Shown piece by piece: positions 9,476-21,443 of a stretch of 64,000 nucleotides of DNA; position 1 is the stretch's first letter, and each line of letters starts with the position of its first letter. The translations under genes and the position numbers were made by a program. Under the pieces are notes generated by a model. That model did no database searches, had not been told where the DNA came from, and was given only the letters and a program-made list of their open reading frames with translations. Source of the stretch: Sedimentisphaerales bacterium (GTDB lineage: Bacteria > Planctomycetota > Phycisphaerae > Sedimentisphaerales > Anaerobacaceae); NCBI GenBank assembly GCA_963708075.1, contig OY970194.1:1184001-1248000 (forward strand), given 5' to 3'.

Positions 9476-9807
9476 AATGGGCTTCAAGGAGGGTGAAAAA
9501 TGCGTTAAGTCGCGTTGCGGGGCGAACTTAGGACGGGTCTTGGCGTATATAATAGTGCGAGATGAGCGGCCAGCCGGGCTTCGGGGCCCGGCGGCAGGGG
9601 AGAGGGTGGTGCGGAGAGGGAGAAGATAAGGTAACAAGGGCAGAAGGGAAAGAAGGCCGGGTGAAAGCCCCGACCCTCTTTTTCCTTCTGCGCTGTGCCT
9701 TCTGTTTGGCATAGGAGCGAGGAAAGGGCCGGAAAATGGCCTTTTCGAGCATGTTTTCGTGGGTGGCGAAGGATCGGAAAAAATTTTCGATTTTTCGCAT
9801 TTCGCCC

Positions 9808-9835
9808 TTGACGAGGGTCGAATAGCGGTTAGAAT
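9808..9835 (+). promoter_or_regulatory. Sigma70-type rRNA promoter
   Basis: TTGACG-16 nt-TAGAAT with an A/T tract upstream, about 250 bp before the 16S gene. Confidence 0.7.
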
Positions 9836-9914
9836 ACAGAACTCACGGTGAACATGCAGCGTATACAAAACGCTGGTTCACCGGTTTTGTTGGTGGACCA
9901 AACAAGTTCGCCAA

Positions 9915-9945
9915 AGATCTTTGACAAGTGAACAGTTGAGCCTTA
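9915..9945 (+). promoter_or_regulatory. boxA-like element and 5' strand of the 16S processing stem
   Basis: AGATCTTTGACAA resembles boxA; ACAAGTGAACAGTTGAGCCTTA is complementary to TAAGGCTCACTGTCACTTGT at about 11687-11706. Confidence 0.65.
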
Positions 9946-10083
9946 ATACGAGCAGCGAAAGTGCGTTCGTCGCAGCGGGCAACCGTTGCGGCGGTTTCCA
10001 AAACTGGATTCAGCACTTTCGGTGCAAACCAGAGAGTGTTGAGCCATTACGACGGATCCGTTTAATCGCGGGTCCGATGAATC

Positions 10084-11621
<1,538 letters not shown>

Positions 11622-11717
11622 GGGATTACTAGAACCCGGACCTGCTTATTGGCAGGACCGTGAGTAGTCAGGCACGATCGCTGCTCTAAGGCTCACTGTC
11701 ACTTGTTTTGGATATCT

Positions 11718-11748
11718 AAGCCCGGTCTTCGGACCGGGCTTTCTTTTT
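11718..11748 (+). terminator. Rho-independent terminator after the 16S gene
   Basis: AAGCCCGGTC-TTCG-GACCGGGCTT followed by TCTTTTT. Confidence 0.9.
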
Positions 11749-11796
11749 GCGCACCTAGCCCCTGAACGGAAAATGAATGAAGAGCAGAGCCCCTTC

Positions 11797-13997
11797 TCAG
11801 GTTTGCTTCAACTCGTCGAGGATGTTGGGCAACTCGGTGGCCAGGGTGTCGAGCTGCTTGGCTTGCATGACGATCTCTTGCACGAGAGCCTTTCTTCTGG
11901 CTTCATCGGCGACCAGTTCGGGGTCGAGCAGTTGCGAGGCGGATTCGGAGATGACTGCGAGGGCGGTCCGGGTATCGAACGTCGCAGTGTCGAGAATCAC
12001 GTTGCGGATGCGCGCTCGGCCCAATTCTGCCTCTGCTTTGATATGCTCCGCGGCTAATTCGGCGCCCTCTACGGCCAGGGCCGTTTGTTTGACGAACATC
12101 TCCAGGATGTGGAAATCATCTGGGTCCAGGAGCTGTTTCGGATCTTTTGGAAAGACTCCCAATACCCCCACGGTGTCGCGAGAACCAATCAATGGGATGT
12201 ATAGCCCTCGCGAGCCGGAGAACGTGTCCCTTCCGTTGCCGGCGATTCGACGGTGCTCGTGCACCCAACTCGCCACCGCCTGTTCGTTGACGGACAGGTA
12301 GTCCCGGGCGTCCCCCGCGGCGGTAAGGGCGCTTACGGTTCTCGTCGTCGGGTCGGGTGTCAAGACTATGGCGGGACACGCGAAGAAGCTCTGAATGTGT
12401 GAGAGCAGGATCTGGAAAAGCTCGTCCGGGCGCGAGGACTTGGCCAGATCGCGGCTGAGGGAGTAAAGGACTTCGGTTCTGCGTTCCCGCAGGTCCAGCG
12501 AGATCGTTTGCCCGCGCAGTTTGCCCGTCAGAGTCCCGATGATCAGGCCGACGATCAACATCACGGCGAACGTGAAAATGTATTCCTTATCCAGCACCGT
12601 GAAGGAATAGAATGGCGGGACGAAGAAGAAGTCGAAACAGGCGACGCTGAGGAGCGTGCCCAGGATCGAAATGCCCCTGCCGTGGCGAAAGGCCAGCCAG
12701 GCCATGCCCAGAAGATAGATCATGATCAAGTTGGCCGGCGCCAGATACGGATACAGAACCCTATTGATCGCGGTGCACAGGCCGACCGTGCCGATGGCCC
12801 ATAGAACGCCCTTCCAGGGAATCGGTGCGGCGGGCGCGCGTTGCACCCTGGGAGTCTCTTCGCCCGTTTCCCCGCTGATCAGGTACAGGTCGATCTCGCC
12901 GCATTTGCGGGCCAGCTGATCGACAAACGAGCCGAACAGCGCCTCCCGCAATCTCGGCCGGCCGGGTTTTCCAATGAGAATCCTCCCGATATTCTTCGAC
13001 CGGGCATAGGCCAACAACGTCTCGACCACGTCCTCGCCAGTCAATGTCACGACACTGGCTCCCATGGCTTCCGCCGAACGGAGCATCCCGGCGACCCGCT
13101 CCCGGTCCCCCGCCTTCAGGGGGAAGACGGAGGACTCGACGTGCACGACGGTCCATCCCGCTCCCAGATCGGCGGCCATCTGCCTGCCGGCGCGGATGAT
13201 CTGCATGGCGCACGGGCTGGAGCTGATGCTCACCAGGAAATCCTCTCCGACCTTCCAGACGGTCGAGACCGCATGGAGGTCCCGGTAACTGCGCAGCTTG
13301 CTGCCGACGCTGCGGGTGGTATACCGCAAGGCCAGCTCGCGCAGCGCGATCAGATTGCCCAGGCGGAAGAAATGCTCCGCCGCGAGTTCCGCCTGTGCCC
13401 CCAGGTAGACCTTTCCCTCGTCCAGGCGTTTGAGCAGTTCCTCCGTAGGAATATCCACAAGCTCGATGGCGTCGGCGCTTTCCACTACGGCGTCGGGCAC
13501 GGTTCGCGCACAATAATTCTCGTGATTTGAGCGACGATGTCGTTGACGCTCTCGCAATGCTGGACGTTAAGCGTCGTGTAAACGTCGATGCCGGCATCGA
13601 GCAATTCCTCGACATCCTGCCATCGCTTGGTGTGGCGCGAGCCGGGGGCGTTGGTGTGGGCGAGCTCGTCGACCAGGATCAGGCGGGGCCGCCGCTTGAG
13701 GGCCGCCTCCAGATCGAACTCCCCGATTTCGATGTTCTTGTAGAGAATGGATTTGCGAGGGAGGACCTCCAGGTCCTCCAGCAGGGCCTGCGTTTCCGGG
13801 CGATTGTGGGTCTCGACGACGCCCACGACCACGTCGATCCCTTCGCTCTTTCGGGCCCGCGCCTGCTCGAGCATGGTGTAGGTCTTTCCCACCCCCGCAA
13901 CGGCGCCGAAGAAGATTTTCACCTTTCCCCGCGTGGAGTACTGGGCCTGAACCTGCTTGAGGATCTGATCCGGACTGGGTCGTTCATCCATCGTCAT
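11797..13997 (-). CDS. kdpD: KdpD-like sensor (KdpD N-domain, Usp, TM region, GAF, degenerate DHp; no HATPase domain), with a 1-nt frameshift near 13503
   Basis: GAVAGVGKT, LVDELAHTN and YTTLNVQH in 13485-13997; continues as TVPDAVVESAD in a second frame; ATGA overlap with the kdpC stop. Confidence 0.9.
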
Positions 13998-14572
13998 TGG
14001 GCACGCTGATCCAACGCCATATTCAACTGCAGGACGTTCACCACCGGCTCGCCGAACACGCCGGCGAAGCGTCCGGTGGTGTTCTCTTTCACGAGCCTGA
14101 GGACCTGCTCCTGCGAGACTCCGCGCACACGCGCCACGCGGGGGGCCTGGTAGAGGGCGCCGGCAACGCTGATATGCGGATCGAGCCCGCTGGCCGAAGC
14201 GGTGACCAGATCGACCGGAATCGGGCTCTTGTTCTCAGGGTCTGCACCTCGGAGCATCTTCACTCTCATTTCTACTTTCTCGCGCAACGCCGGGTTCAGC
14301 GGTCCCAGGTTGGAGCCAGACGAGGGCAACGGATTGTAGCCCGTCGGCGACGTGGCGGACGGACGGCCCCAGAAATACTTCGGATCGCTGAACTCCTGCC
14401 CGACCAGCGAGGAACCCACAGGTCTGCCACTTTCCATGATGATACTGCCGTCGGCCTGATGAGCAAAGGCAATCCGGGCGATTGCGGTGATCAAAAGCGG
14501 GTATAAGACGCCGGTCATCACCGTTAAGATCCCAAGGACCAGTATCGCGGGTTTGATCTGTTTGTAGAACAC
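13994..14572 (-). CDS. kdpC: K+-transporting ATPase subunit C
   Basis: YFWGRPSAT, SGSNLGP, DLVTASASGLDPHIS, EPVVNVLQLN; GTG start. Confidence 0.97.
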   Translation of the reverse strand: MFYKQIKPAILVLGILTVMTGVLYPLLITAIARIAFAHQADGSIIMESGRPVGSSLVGQEFSDPKYFWGRPSATSPTGYNPLPSSGSNLGPLNPALREKVEMRVKMLRGADPENKSPIPVDLVTASASGLDPHISVAGALYQAPRVARVRGVSQEQVLRLVKENTTGRFAGVFGEPVVNVLQLNMALDQRAQ

Positions 14573-14588
14573 GGGTCCACCTTCTTTC

Positions 14589-16667
14589 TCATTCCACCAG
14601 GTGCAGCGCGACCAGAGCCATATCAATGAGTTTGATGCCGATGAACGGGGTGATGACACCTCCGAGGCCGTAAATGAGGATGTTGTCCCGCAACAGGCGG
14701 CTGGCGGAGGCGGTCTTATACGGGACGCCTTTGAGGGCGAACGGAATCAGCAGGATAATGATGATCGCGTTGAAGATCACCGCCGAGAGCACGGCGCTTT
14801 CGGGCGTGGCAAGGTGCATGATGTTGAGCTTGCCCAGCAGCGGGTACGTGCCGGTAAACGCGGCGGGAATGATCGCGAAGTACTTGGAGATGTCGTTGGC
14901 GATACTGAACGTCGTCAATGAACCCCGCGTGATCAGGAGCTGTTTGCCAATCTGCACGACCTCGATGAGCTTCGTGGGATTCGAGTCAAGGTCCACCATG
15001 TTGCCGGCCTCCTTGGCGGCCTGGGTCCCGGTGTTCATGGCGACCGCGACGTCTGCCTGCGCCAGGGCGGGCGCATCGTTCGTGCCGTCCCCGGTCATGG
15101 CCACCAGGTGTCCCTGGCTCTGCTTTTCGCGGATCAGCTTGAGTTTCATCTCGGGTGTCGCCTCGGCCAGAAAATCGTCCACTCCGGCCTCGCCGGCAAT
15201 GGCGGCCGCGGTCATCGGGTTGTCGCCGGTGATCATGATTGTGGCAATGCCCATGCGGCGCAATTGCGCGAACCGCTCCCGGATGCCGCCCTTGACGATG
15301 TCCTTGAGGTGAATAATCCCGACGACGCGCTCGTCGTCGCTGACCGCCAGGGGCGTCCCGCCGCTCCTGGCGATCTGGGCGGCCACTTCTTTCATCTCGC
15401 CGGGGAACGCGCCGCCCGCATCTTGCACGTACTTCTCAATCGCTTCGACGGCGCCCTTTCGGATCTTCCGGCCGTCGCCGAGATCGACGCCGCTCATGCG
15501 CGTCTGGGCACTGAAGGGGATGAACGTCGCGGCAAGCTCGTGCACCTGGCGCTCCCGGATGTTGTACCGCTCTTTGGCCAGCACGACGATGCTCCTGCCC
15601 TCCGGCGTCTCATCCGACAGGGATGCCAATTGCGCGATGTCGGCCAGAACCGCCTCGGCATGTCCCTTAGCTGGGATGAACGCCACCGCCTGCCGGTTGC
15701 CCAATGTGATCGTGCCGGTCTTATCCAAAAGCAACGTGTCGATGTCCCCCGAGGCTTCGACCGCCCGTCCGGAGGTCGCGATGATATTCGCCTGGATCAT
15801 GCGATCCATCCCGGCGATCCCGATGGCCGGCAGCAGGCCGCCGATGGTTGTCGGAATCAGGCAGACCAGCAGCGCCACCAGCACTGTAACGGTGACCGGC
15901 GATCCACCGCCTGACGATGACACGCTGTAGAGAGAGAAGGGCAAGAGCGTCACGGTCGCCAGCAGGAACATGATCGTCAGCCCGGCCAGCAAAATGCTCA
16001 GCGCGATCTCGTTCGGCGTCTTCTTGCGCTTGGCACCCTCGACCATGGCGATCATGCGGTCGAGGAAGGTCTCGCCGGGATTAGTCGTGACGCGGACGAT
16101 GAGCCAGTCCGAGAGCACCGTGGTCCCCCCGGTCACGGCCGACCGGTCGCCTCCGCTTTCCCGGATGACAGGCGCGCTTTCGCCCGTGATCGCGCTTTCG
16201 TTGACCGAGGCGATGCCCTCGATGACCTCGCCATCCATGGGAATCATGTCCCCGGCCTCCACCAGGACAACATCCCCCTTGCGAAGCTCGTAAGAGGAGA
16301 CCGGAGAACAGGCGGCGCCGAATCGCGGGGCCTTGAGCCTCTTGGCCACCGTGTCCTTCCTATGGCGTCGCAGGCTCTCGGCCTGGGCCTTGCCTCGCCC
16401 CTCCGCCAGCGCCTCCGAGAAATTCGCGAAAATCAGCGTGAACCACAGCCACACGGTGATGGCAAGAATGAATCGGGGCGGCGCTTCACCGTGGCCGAGC
16501 AGGGCCTGGACGTACAAGCCCGTGGTCAGGATGCTGCCAATGAGCACGACGAACATGACCGGATTCTTGACCTGATGAAACGGCGTCAGCTTCGTCAACG
16601 AGCCGACGATCGCTCCGACGAGGACTTGCCGGTTCAACACGGATGCTATTTTCCCTCTTTTGCTCAT
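14589..16667 (-). CDS. kdpB: K+-transporting ATPase subunit B
   Basis: P-type ATPase motifs [23 protein letters not shown]. Confidence 0.98.
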   Translation of the reverse strand: MSKRGKIASVLNRQVLVGAIVGSLTKLTPFHQVKNPVMFVVLIGSILTTGLYVQALLGHGEAPPRFILAITVWLWFTLIFANFSEALAEGRGKAQAESLRRHRKDTVAKRLKAPRFGAACSPVSSYELRKGDVVLVEAGDMIPMDGEVIEGIASVNESAITGESAPVIRESGGDRSAVTGGTTVLSDWLIVRVTTNPGETFLDRMIAMVEGAKRKKTPNEIALSILLAGLTIMFLLATVTLLPFSLYSVSSSGGGSPVTVTVLVALLVCLIPTTIGGLLPAIGIAGMDRMIQANIIATSGRAVEASGDIDTLLLDKTGTITLGNRQAVAFIPAKGHAEAVLADIAQLASLSDETPEGRSIVVLAKERYNIRERQVHELAATFIPFSAQTRMSGVDLGDGRKIRKGAVEAIEKYVQDAGGAFPGEMKEVAAQIARSGGTPLAVSDDERVVGIIHLKDIVKGGIRERFAQLRRMGIATIMITGDNPMTAAAIAGEAGVDDFLAEATPEMKLKLIREKQSQGHLVAMTGDGTNDAPALAQADVAVAMNTGTQAAKEAGNMVDLDSNPTKLIEVVQIGKQLLITRGSLTTFSIANDISKYFAIIPAAFTGTYPLLGKLNIMHLATPESAVLSAVIFNAIIIILLIPFALKGVPYKTASASRLLRDNILIYGLGGVITPFIGIKLIDMALVALHLVE

Positions 16668-16683
16668 ATCATCTCCGAACAGA

Positions 16684-18429
16684 TTATTGAGCCCACACCA
16701 TGAGGTGCTCCGCGATGGGCCCCAGCGCCAGCGCCGGGAAGAACGTCAACGCACCCACGATCAGGATGATCGCCACGAGAAAACAGACGAACAGCGGCGT
16801 ATGGGTGGGCAGCGTCCCCGCGCTGGCGGGAATGATCTTCTTCTTGGCCAGCGAGCCGGCGATCGCCAGGGCGGGGATCGCCAGCCAATACCGGGCGAAG
16901 AACATCGCGATTCCCAGGGCGATGTTGTAGAACGGCGTGTTGGCGTTGAGCCCGGCGAACGCGCTGCCATTGTTGTTGCCGGCTGAGGAGAACGCATAGA
17001 GCGCCTCGCTGAAGCCGTGGGCGCCGGGATTGGCCATCGAGCTCTTGCCCGCCGGAAGCACGACGGCAATCGCCGTGCCGGACAGGACGACCATCGGCGG
17101 GATCAGGACCATCAGCATCGCCATCTTCATCTCGTACGCTTCGATCTTCTTGCCCAAGTACTCCGGCGTGCGGCCGACCATCAGGCCGGTGACGAACACC
17201 GCCAGAATCACGAACGCGAGCATCCCATAGAGCCCCGAGCCGACCCCCCCGAAGATGACTTCGCCCAACTGCATCAGCCATATCGACATCAGGCCGCCCA
17301 GCGGCATGAAGGAGTCGTGCATGGAATTGACCGAGCCATTGGAAGCCGCCGTGGTCGCCGTGGCCCAGATCGTCGAATTGGTGACGCCGAACCTGGCTTC
17401 TTTGCCCTCCATGTTGCCCCCCGGCTGAAGCATGCTCGCGGATTGGTCGATGCCGAGTGCAGCGAGCGCGGGATTGCCTTGTTGCTCCATTTGCAGGCAC
17501 ACGTACAGGCAGGGGACGAAGATGACCAGCATGGCGGCCAGCAGGGCCCAGCCCTGTCGCGTGTCGCGGACCATGTGGCCGAAGCTGTAGCACAGCGCCG
17601 CGGCAATCAGCAGGATCGACACCATTTCGAGCAAATTCGAAAGGGGCGTCGGGTTCTCAAAGGGATGCGAGGAATTCACATTGAAGAACCCGCCGCCATT
17701 GGTGCCCAGTTGTTTGATGGCGACCTGCGAGGCCGCCGGGCCGCGAGGCAATACCTGGGTCGTGACGGTTTTTCCATCGCTTCCCGCATACGGCTGAATC
17801 AACTCGACTCCCTGTGCCGGCTTGAACGTCTGCACGACGCCCTGCGAGACCAGAGCGACCGACAGGATGATCGACAACGGCAGGAAGATATAGAGCGTCG
17901 AGCGGACAAGGTCCGCCCAGAAATTGCCGATGGTGCCCATCTCGCGGCGGCTGAAGCCCCGGATCATTGCGGCCAGCACGGCCACGCCCGAGGCCGCGGA
18001 GACAAAATTCTGGACCGTCAGGCCGAGCATCTGCGTCAGGTAGCTCATCGTCGTCTCGCCGGCGTAGCCCTGCCAGTTCGTGTTTGTGGCGAAACTCACG
18101 GCTGTGTTGAACGCCGACTCCGCGGACACCGCCGACAAGTGAGCGGGGTTTAGCGGCAACAGATGCTGGACCCTCTGCAACACGTAGACTACCACCAAGC
18201 CGAGGACGTTGAATGCCAGCATCGCGAAGGCGTACGTCTTCCACTGCATCTCTTGCCCCGGATCGATCCGACACAGGCGGTAGATCCATCGCTCGAACGA
18301 GCTGAGCCATCGATTCAAACCGGCCGGCTTGCCTTCAAGCACGTACGCCATGTAAAGTCCCAGCGGCTTGGCACATAGCACCAGAATCGCCAGGAAGATG
18401 ACGCTCTGCACCACGTTGCTGACAGTCAT
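16684..18429 (-). CDS. kdpA: K+-transporting ATPase subunit A
   Basis: [42 protein letters not shown]. Confidence 0.98.
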   Translation of the reverse strand: MTVSNVVQSVIFLAILVLCAKPLGLYMAYVLEGKPAGLNRWLSSFERWIYRLCRIDPGQEMQWKTYAFAMLAFNVLGLVVVYVLQRVQHLLPLNPAHLSAVSAESAFNTAVSFATNTNWQGYAGETTMSYLTQMLGLTVQNFVSAASGVAVLAAMIRGFSRREMGTIGNFWADLVRSTLYIFLPLSIILSVALVSQGVVQTFKPAQGVELIQPYAGSDGKTVTTQVLPRGPAASQVAIKQLGTNGGGFFNVNSSHPFENPTPLSNLLEMVSILLIAAALCYSFGHMVRDTRQGWALLAAMLVIFVPCLYVCLQMEQQGNPALAALGIDQSASMLQPGGNMEGKEARFGVTNSTIWATATTAASNGSVNSMHDSFMPLGGLMSIWLMQLGEVIFGGVGSGLYGMLAFVILAVFVTGLMVGRTPEYLGKKIEAYEMKMAMLMVLIPPMVVLSGTAIAVVLPAGKSSMANPGAHGFSEALYAFSSAGNNNGSAFAGLNANTPFYNIALGIAMFFARYWLAIPALAIAGSLAKKKIIPASAGTLPTHTPLFVCFLVAIILIVGALTFFPALALGPIAEHLMVWAQ

Positions 18430-18515
18430 GAGAACTTCTCCGGCTTGAGCAGGGCGATGAAAAGATAGATAAACAGGAGAAACGCCGCAATTCCGCCAAT
18501 CCAATAGACAATCAT
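18426..18515 (-). CDS. kdpF: KdpF, 29 aa ([29 protein letters not shown])
   Basis: Manual translation; YL..ALL.PEKF signature; ATGA overlap with kdpA; not in the ORF track. Confidence 0.9.
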   Translation of the reverse strand: MIVYWIGGIAAFLLFIYLFIALLKPEKFS

Positions 18516-18527
18516 TCCATCTTCTCC

Positions 18528-18609
18528 TTAGAGCCTGTCACACAGCCGGATGAACCCGACCGACAGGCCGACGAGAACCCACAACAATCCCGATGCACAG
18601 AAATTCCAT
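18528..18609 (-). CDS. Small hydrophobic peptide at the head of the kdp operon (about MEFLCIGLLWVLVGLSVGFIRLCDRL), needs a 1-nt correction
   Basis: RBS GAGGAG; the 82-nt span is 27 codons plus 1 nt; single TM helix ending in CDRL. Confidence 0.55.
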
Positions 18610-18691
18610 GGTTCTATCTCCTCGAAAATACGTCTGCAGGCAGGCGGCTGGGAAGGCATAAGGAAGAACCTGAGCCTATGCTCCGGTTGCG

Positions 18692-18840
18692 TTCTCTACT
18701 CTATGCCTACGAGGTTAGCTGTCGGGCTCAGGCAGAGCGACCTTAATCAATCACTCGATATTCGCCCCGAGATCTTGCGATCCACTCCGGGTTCCCCGTT
18801 TTCTTCCTGTCTATTTGACGAGCCGAAAGCAAAGAAGAAA
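18692..18840 (-). promoter_or_regulatory. c-di-AMP (ydaO/yuaA class) riboswitch in the kdp leader
   Basis: Minus strand reads CGTCAAAT...ACGGGGAACC...TCGGGGCGAAT...AGG...CCTGAGCCCGACAGCTAACCTCGTAGGC, matching the conserved ydaO blocks. Confidence 0.88.
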
Positions 18841-18859
18841 CTCGGCTATATGAACCATT

Positions 18860-18888
18860 ATGATAGGGCGGAGGCTTTGTCCAGTCAA
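18860..18888 (-). promoter_or_regulatory. Sigma70 promoter for the kdp operon
   Basis: TTGACT-17 nt-TATCAT on the minus strand, just upstream of the riboswitch. Confidence 0.65.
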
Positions 18889-18916
18889 GACATTCATCAG
18901 GAATCCGCGCTGATCA

Positions 18917-19009
18917 ACAATGGCGGGGACAAAGCGACGCAAAACCGCGAGGTAGAGCCAATCGCAAAAACCCCGCCCCAGTACGGATTGCAGGCTGGCA
19001 ACTCGCCTG
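18917..19009 (+). pseudogene. Isolated 16S rRNA fragment (helix 41-42 region)
   Basis: 87/93 nt identical to 11308-11400 by manual alignment; weak similarity continues to about 19026. Confidence 0.92.
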
Positions 19010-19031
19010 GCAGAAGTGCGGAATCGTCAAT

Positions 19032-19742
19032 TCATTCCCCGGGCTCCGGATGCTCGTCGGGGAAGTTCAGCCAGGCGTATTCGCCGAAGAGGGCGCGGGC
19101 TTTTTGGTCACGGGCTTTGGCGGCTTCGATTTCGGTGTCGAAGGGGCCGCCGTAGAAGTACTGGCCTTTGTGCGTGATCTTGAAGATCCATTTGTCGCTG
19201 CGGCGGTAGACGCCGATGTATTGCGAGGATTTTTTGCGTGAGGGACGGGTGTTGTGGCGATTTTGCTCGGAGGTGCAGTTGCGCAGGTTGGTCCGGCAGT
19301 TGTTCAGGCCGTGACCATCCTTGTGGTCCGTGACCTTGCCCGGCGGGGGGTTCATGATCATCCGGTGCATCGAGATCGACTTGCCGTCGATGACCGTGGC
19401 GGCGTAGTAGCGGCCGCGAGTGCACGTCGCGTGCCAGGTGTACTGGCTGAGCCACTCGTAGTCCGCGGCGTCCACTATCGCAAACAGGCCCTTTGTCAGG
19501 GCGATGTAGCGGATCTCGTTGTTTGGAGGCTGCGGCGGCGTCCCGCGCTGCGGGGGGACGTACCGGGCGCGGAAGTTCCGGCAGGCGGCGGCGCTCGGGG
19601 CGACGTCGACCAGCACGCCGGGGGAGTTCGGGTGATTCACGCACATCAGCAGGCCCGCCCAGCCGGTGCTCATGTCCCGCATAGAGCGGGTCCGGGGCGG
19701 CCGGCCTGAGTACACGCAATCGTGACACGTTCGCTTCGCCAT
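19032..19742 (-). CDS. HNH endonuclease-AP2 domain protein with Cys-rich N-terminus
   Basis: SMHRMIM, DHKDGHGLNNCRTNLR (HNH); SQYIGVY...GPFDTEIEAAKARD..A..LFGEYA.LNFP (AP2); CHDC...CVNH...C. Confidence 0.9.
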   Translation of the reverse strand: MAKRTCHDCVYSGRPPRTRSMRDMSTGWAGLLMCVNHPNSPGVLVDVAPSAAACRNFRARYVPPQRGTPPQPPNNEIRYIALTKGLFAIVDAADYEWLSQYTWHATCTRGRYYAATVIDGKSISMHRMIMNPPPGKVTDHKDGHGLNNCRTNLRNCTSEQNRHNTRPSRKKSSQYIGVYRRSDKWIFKITHKGQYFYGGPFDTEIEAAKARDQKARALFGEYAWLNFPDEHPEPGE

Positions 19743-19949
19743 AAGCCCTCCGGGCGGTAGTCGGTAGTCAGTTGCCGGTAGCCGGCTGGCCGGGGACGGT
19801 GCCCGGCCGGCGGCGGCCGTCGCAGGTCGTGCGTCCCCGCACGACCCCTTGGGCGAGCGCGGCCCGGCGACTGCTTGTGACGATGAGCAATTGTACATAT
19901 GTTGCCACGGAGTGTCAAGGGAAAAATGCGGAATAAAGGGCGCAACGCC

Positions 19950-20496
19950 TTGATTGCGGATTTCGGATTGCGGAATGGGGCAGGGATCAGGGGTCGGGTG
20001 TCAGGGATCAGAATCGGCATTGCTCTTACCTTCCATCCTGTCCCCTCTGTACCCTCTGTGTCCTCTGTGGCTGGGACCAGAAGGAATCGGTGTGCCGTGC
20101 ACACCCTACGAAATCTGCGAAAATCGGCGTAATCTGCGGATGAAGAGCGGTAGTCGGTAGTCAGTTGTCGGTTGATGATTGCGGCGGGACGCCGGAGTGC
20201 GGAATTCGGAATGCGGAGTGCGGAATGGGGCAGGGATCAGGGGTCGGGTGTCAGGGATCAGAATCGGCATTGCTCTTACCTTCCATCCTGTACCCTCTGT
20301 GTCCTCTGTGGCTGGGACCAGAAGGAATCGGTGTGCCGTGCACACCCTACGAAATCTGCGTGAACCGGCGTAATCTGCGGATGAAGAGCGGTAGTCGGTA
20401 GTCAGTTGTCGGTTGATGATTGCGGCGGGGAGGGTGTGAGTGCGGAGTGAAGGGCGGGACGCCGGAGTGCGGAATTCGGAATGCGGAGTGCGGAAT
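19950..20496 (-). repeat. Mosaic short-repeat array C containing a tandem duplication of about 250 bp
   Basis: Unit 19971-20220 repeats at 20221-20496 with small indels; same module families as arrays A and B. Confidence 0.9.
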
Positions 20497-20589
20497 CAGA
20501 TAGGTGGCCGGAGGGGGGGCTCTGGATTGATTATTGCTGATGGATAATTGATGATTGGACAGGGGGCTTCGGCTGTCCTTTTGGGTCTG

Positions 20590-21216
20590 TTACCCGATCT
20601 TTCGCAGGGCGAGGGTGTGGACGGGGCGGCCGTCTTGGAGGTACTTGCGCTCGTAGTTCGTGCCGGTCAACTCGCCCTCGCGGGCGCCGGCGGGACGCGG
20701 GAATTCGATTTCCTTCAGTCTGCCGGTGAAGCAGGCCATCACCAGCTTGATCTGCTCGAAGTACTCGGCGTGGTCGGTGGCGATGTGGATCTCGCCGCCG
20801 GGCTTGAGCAGGCGGACCATGAGTTCGACGTTCGATTGCTGCAAGAAACGCCTTTTGCGCTGCCGCTTCTTCGGCCAGGGATCGGGGAAGTAGATATGGA
20901 AGCAGTCGACGGAGCCTTCCGGAACGAAGTCCCGCAGGAAGACCGGGGCATCGTCCCGCACCATCCGCACGTTCGTCAGGCCCCAGCGGCCGATGCGGTC
21001 GATCGCGTGGCGCCAGAACTTGCGGGCCCACTCGATCCCGAGGAAGTCCGCCTCCGGCTGGGCCTTCGCCTGGCTCACCAGGAACGTCCCCCGGCCCGAA
21101 CCGATCTCAATGTGCACCGGAGCGGAACGTCCGAAAACCTGGAGAAAATCAATCGGCTCGGACAACTTTTCCGCTTTTAACACCACGTCCGGATATTCTT
21201 TCAACTCCCGTGCCAT
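20590..21216 (-). CDS. trmB: tRNA (guanine-N7)-methyltransferase
   Basis: IEIGSGRG, FLGIE, YFPDPWPKKRQRKRR, ATDHAEY, TNYERKY. Confidence 0.95.
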   Translation of the reverse strand: MARELKEYPDVVLKAEKLSEPIDFLQVFGRSAPVHIEIGSGRGTFLVSQAKAQPEADFLGIEWARKFWRHAIDRIGRWGLTNVRMVRDDAPVFLRDFVPEGSVDCFHIYFPDPWPKKRQRKRRFLQQSNVELMVRLLKPGGEIHIATDHAEYFEQIKLVMACFTGRLKEIEFPRPAGAREGELTGTNYERKYLQDGRPVHTLALRKIG

Positions 21217-21443
21217 CGTGCGTCCACGCCTAAAAGGAGCGAATCAGGTCGTCAATTGTAGGATTTCAAGGTCCCATTATACAGGCCGCGCGGAAATGCG
21301 TGAAGCGGGGCGGGAAAATTTGCCGGCGACCGTTACTAAAGTGGCCTCGTATGGCACTCGACTAGTAGGAGTGAACTGATTCATGGGCTCCGCGTAGTCT
21401 TCAGCGTGTGGGACCGCCAGAGCCCGGAAAGGACTGTCTTAGG

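Noticed and set aside
18550..19155. 201-aa plus-strand ORF
   Set aside because: Runs antisense across the riboswitch and promoter, through the 16S fragment and into the HNH gene end; not a coherent protein
18917..19742. Group I intron with a homing endonuclease inside a second 16S gene
   Set aside because: The HNH gene is antisense to the fragment, and no downstream 16S exon or intron core is visible
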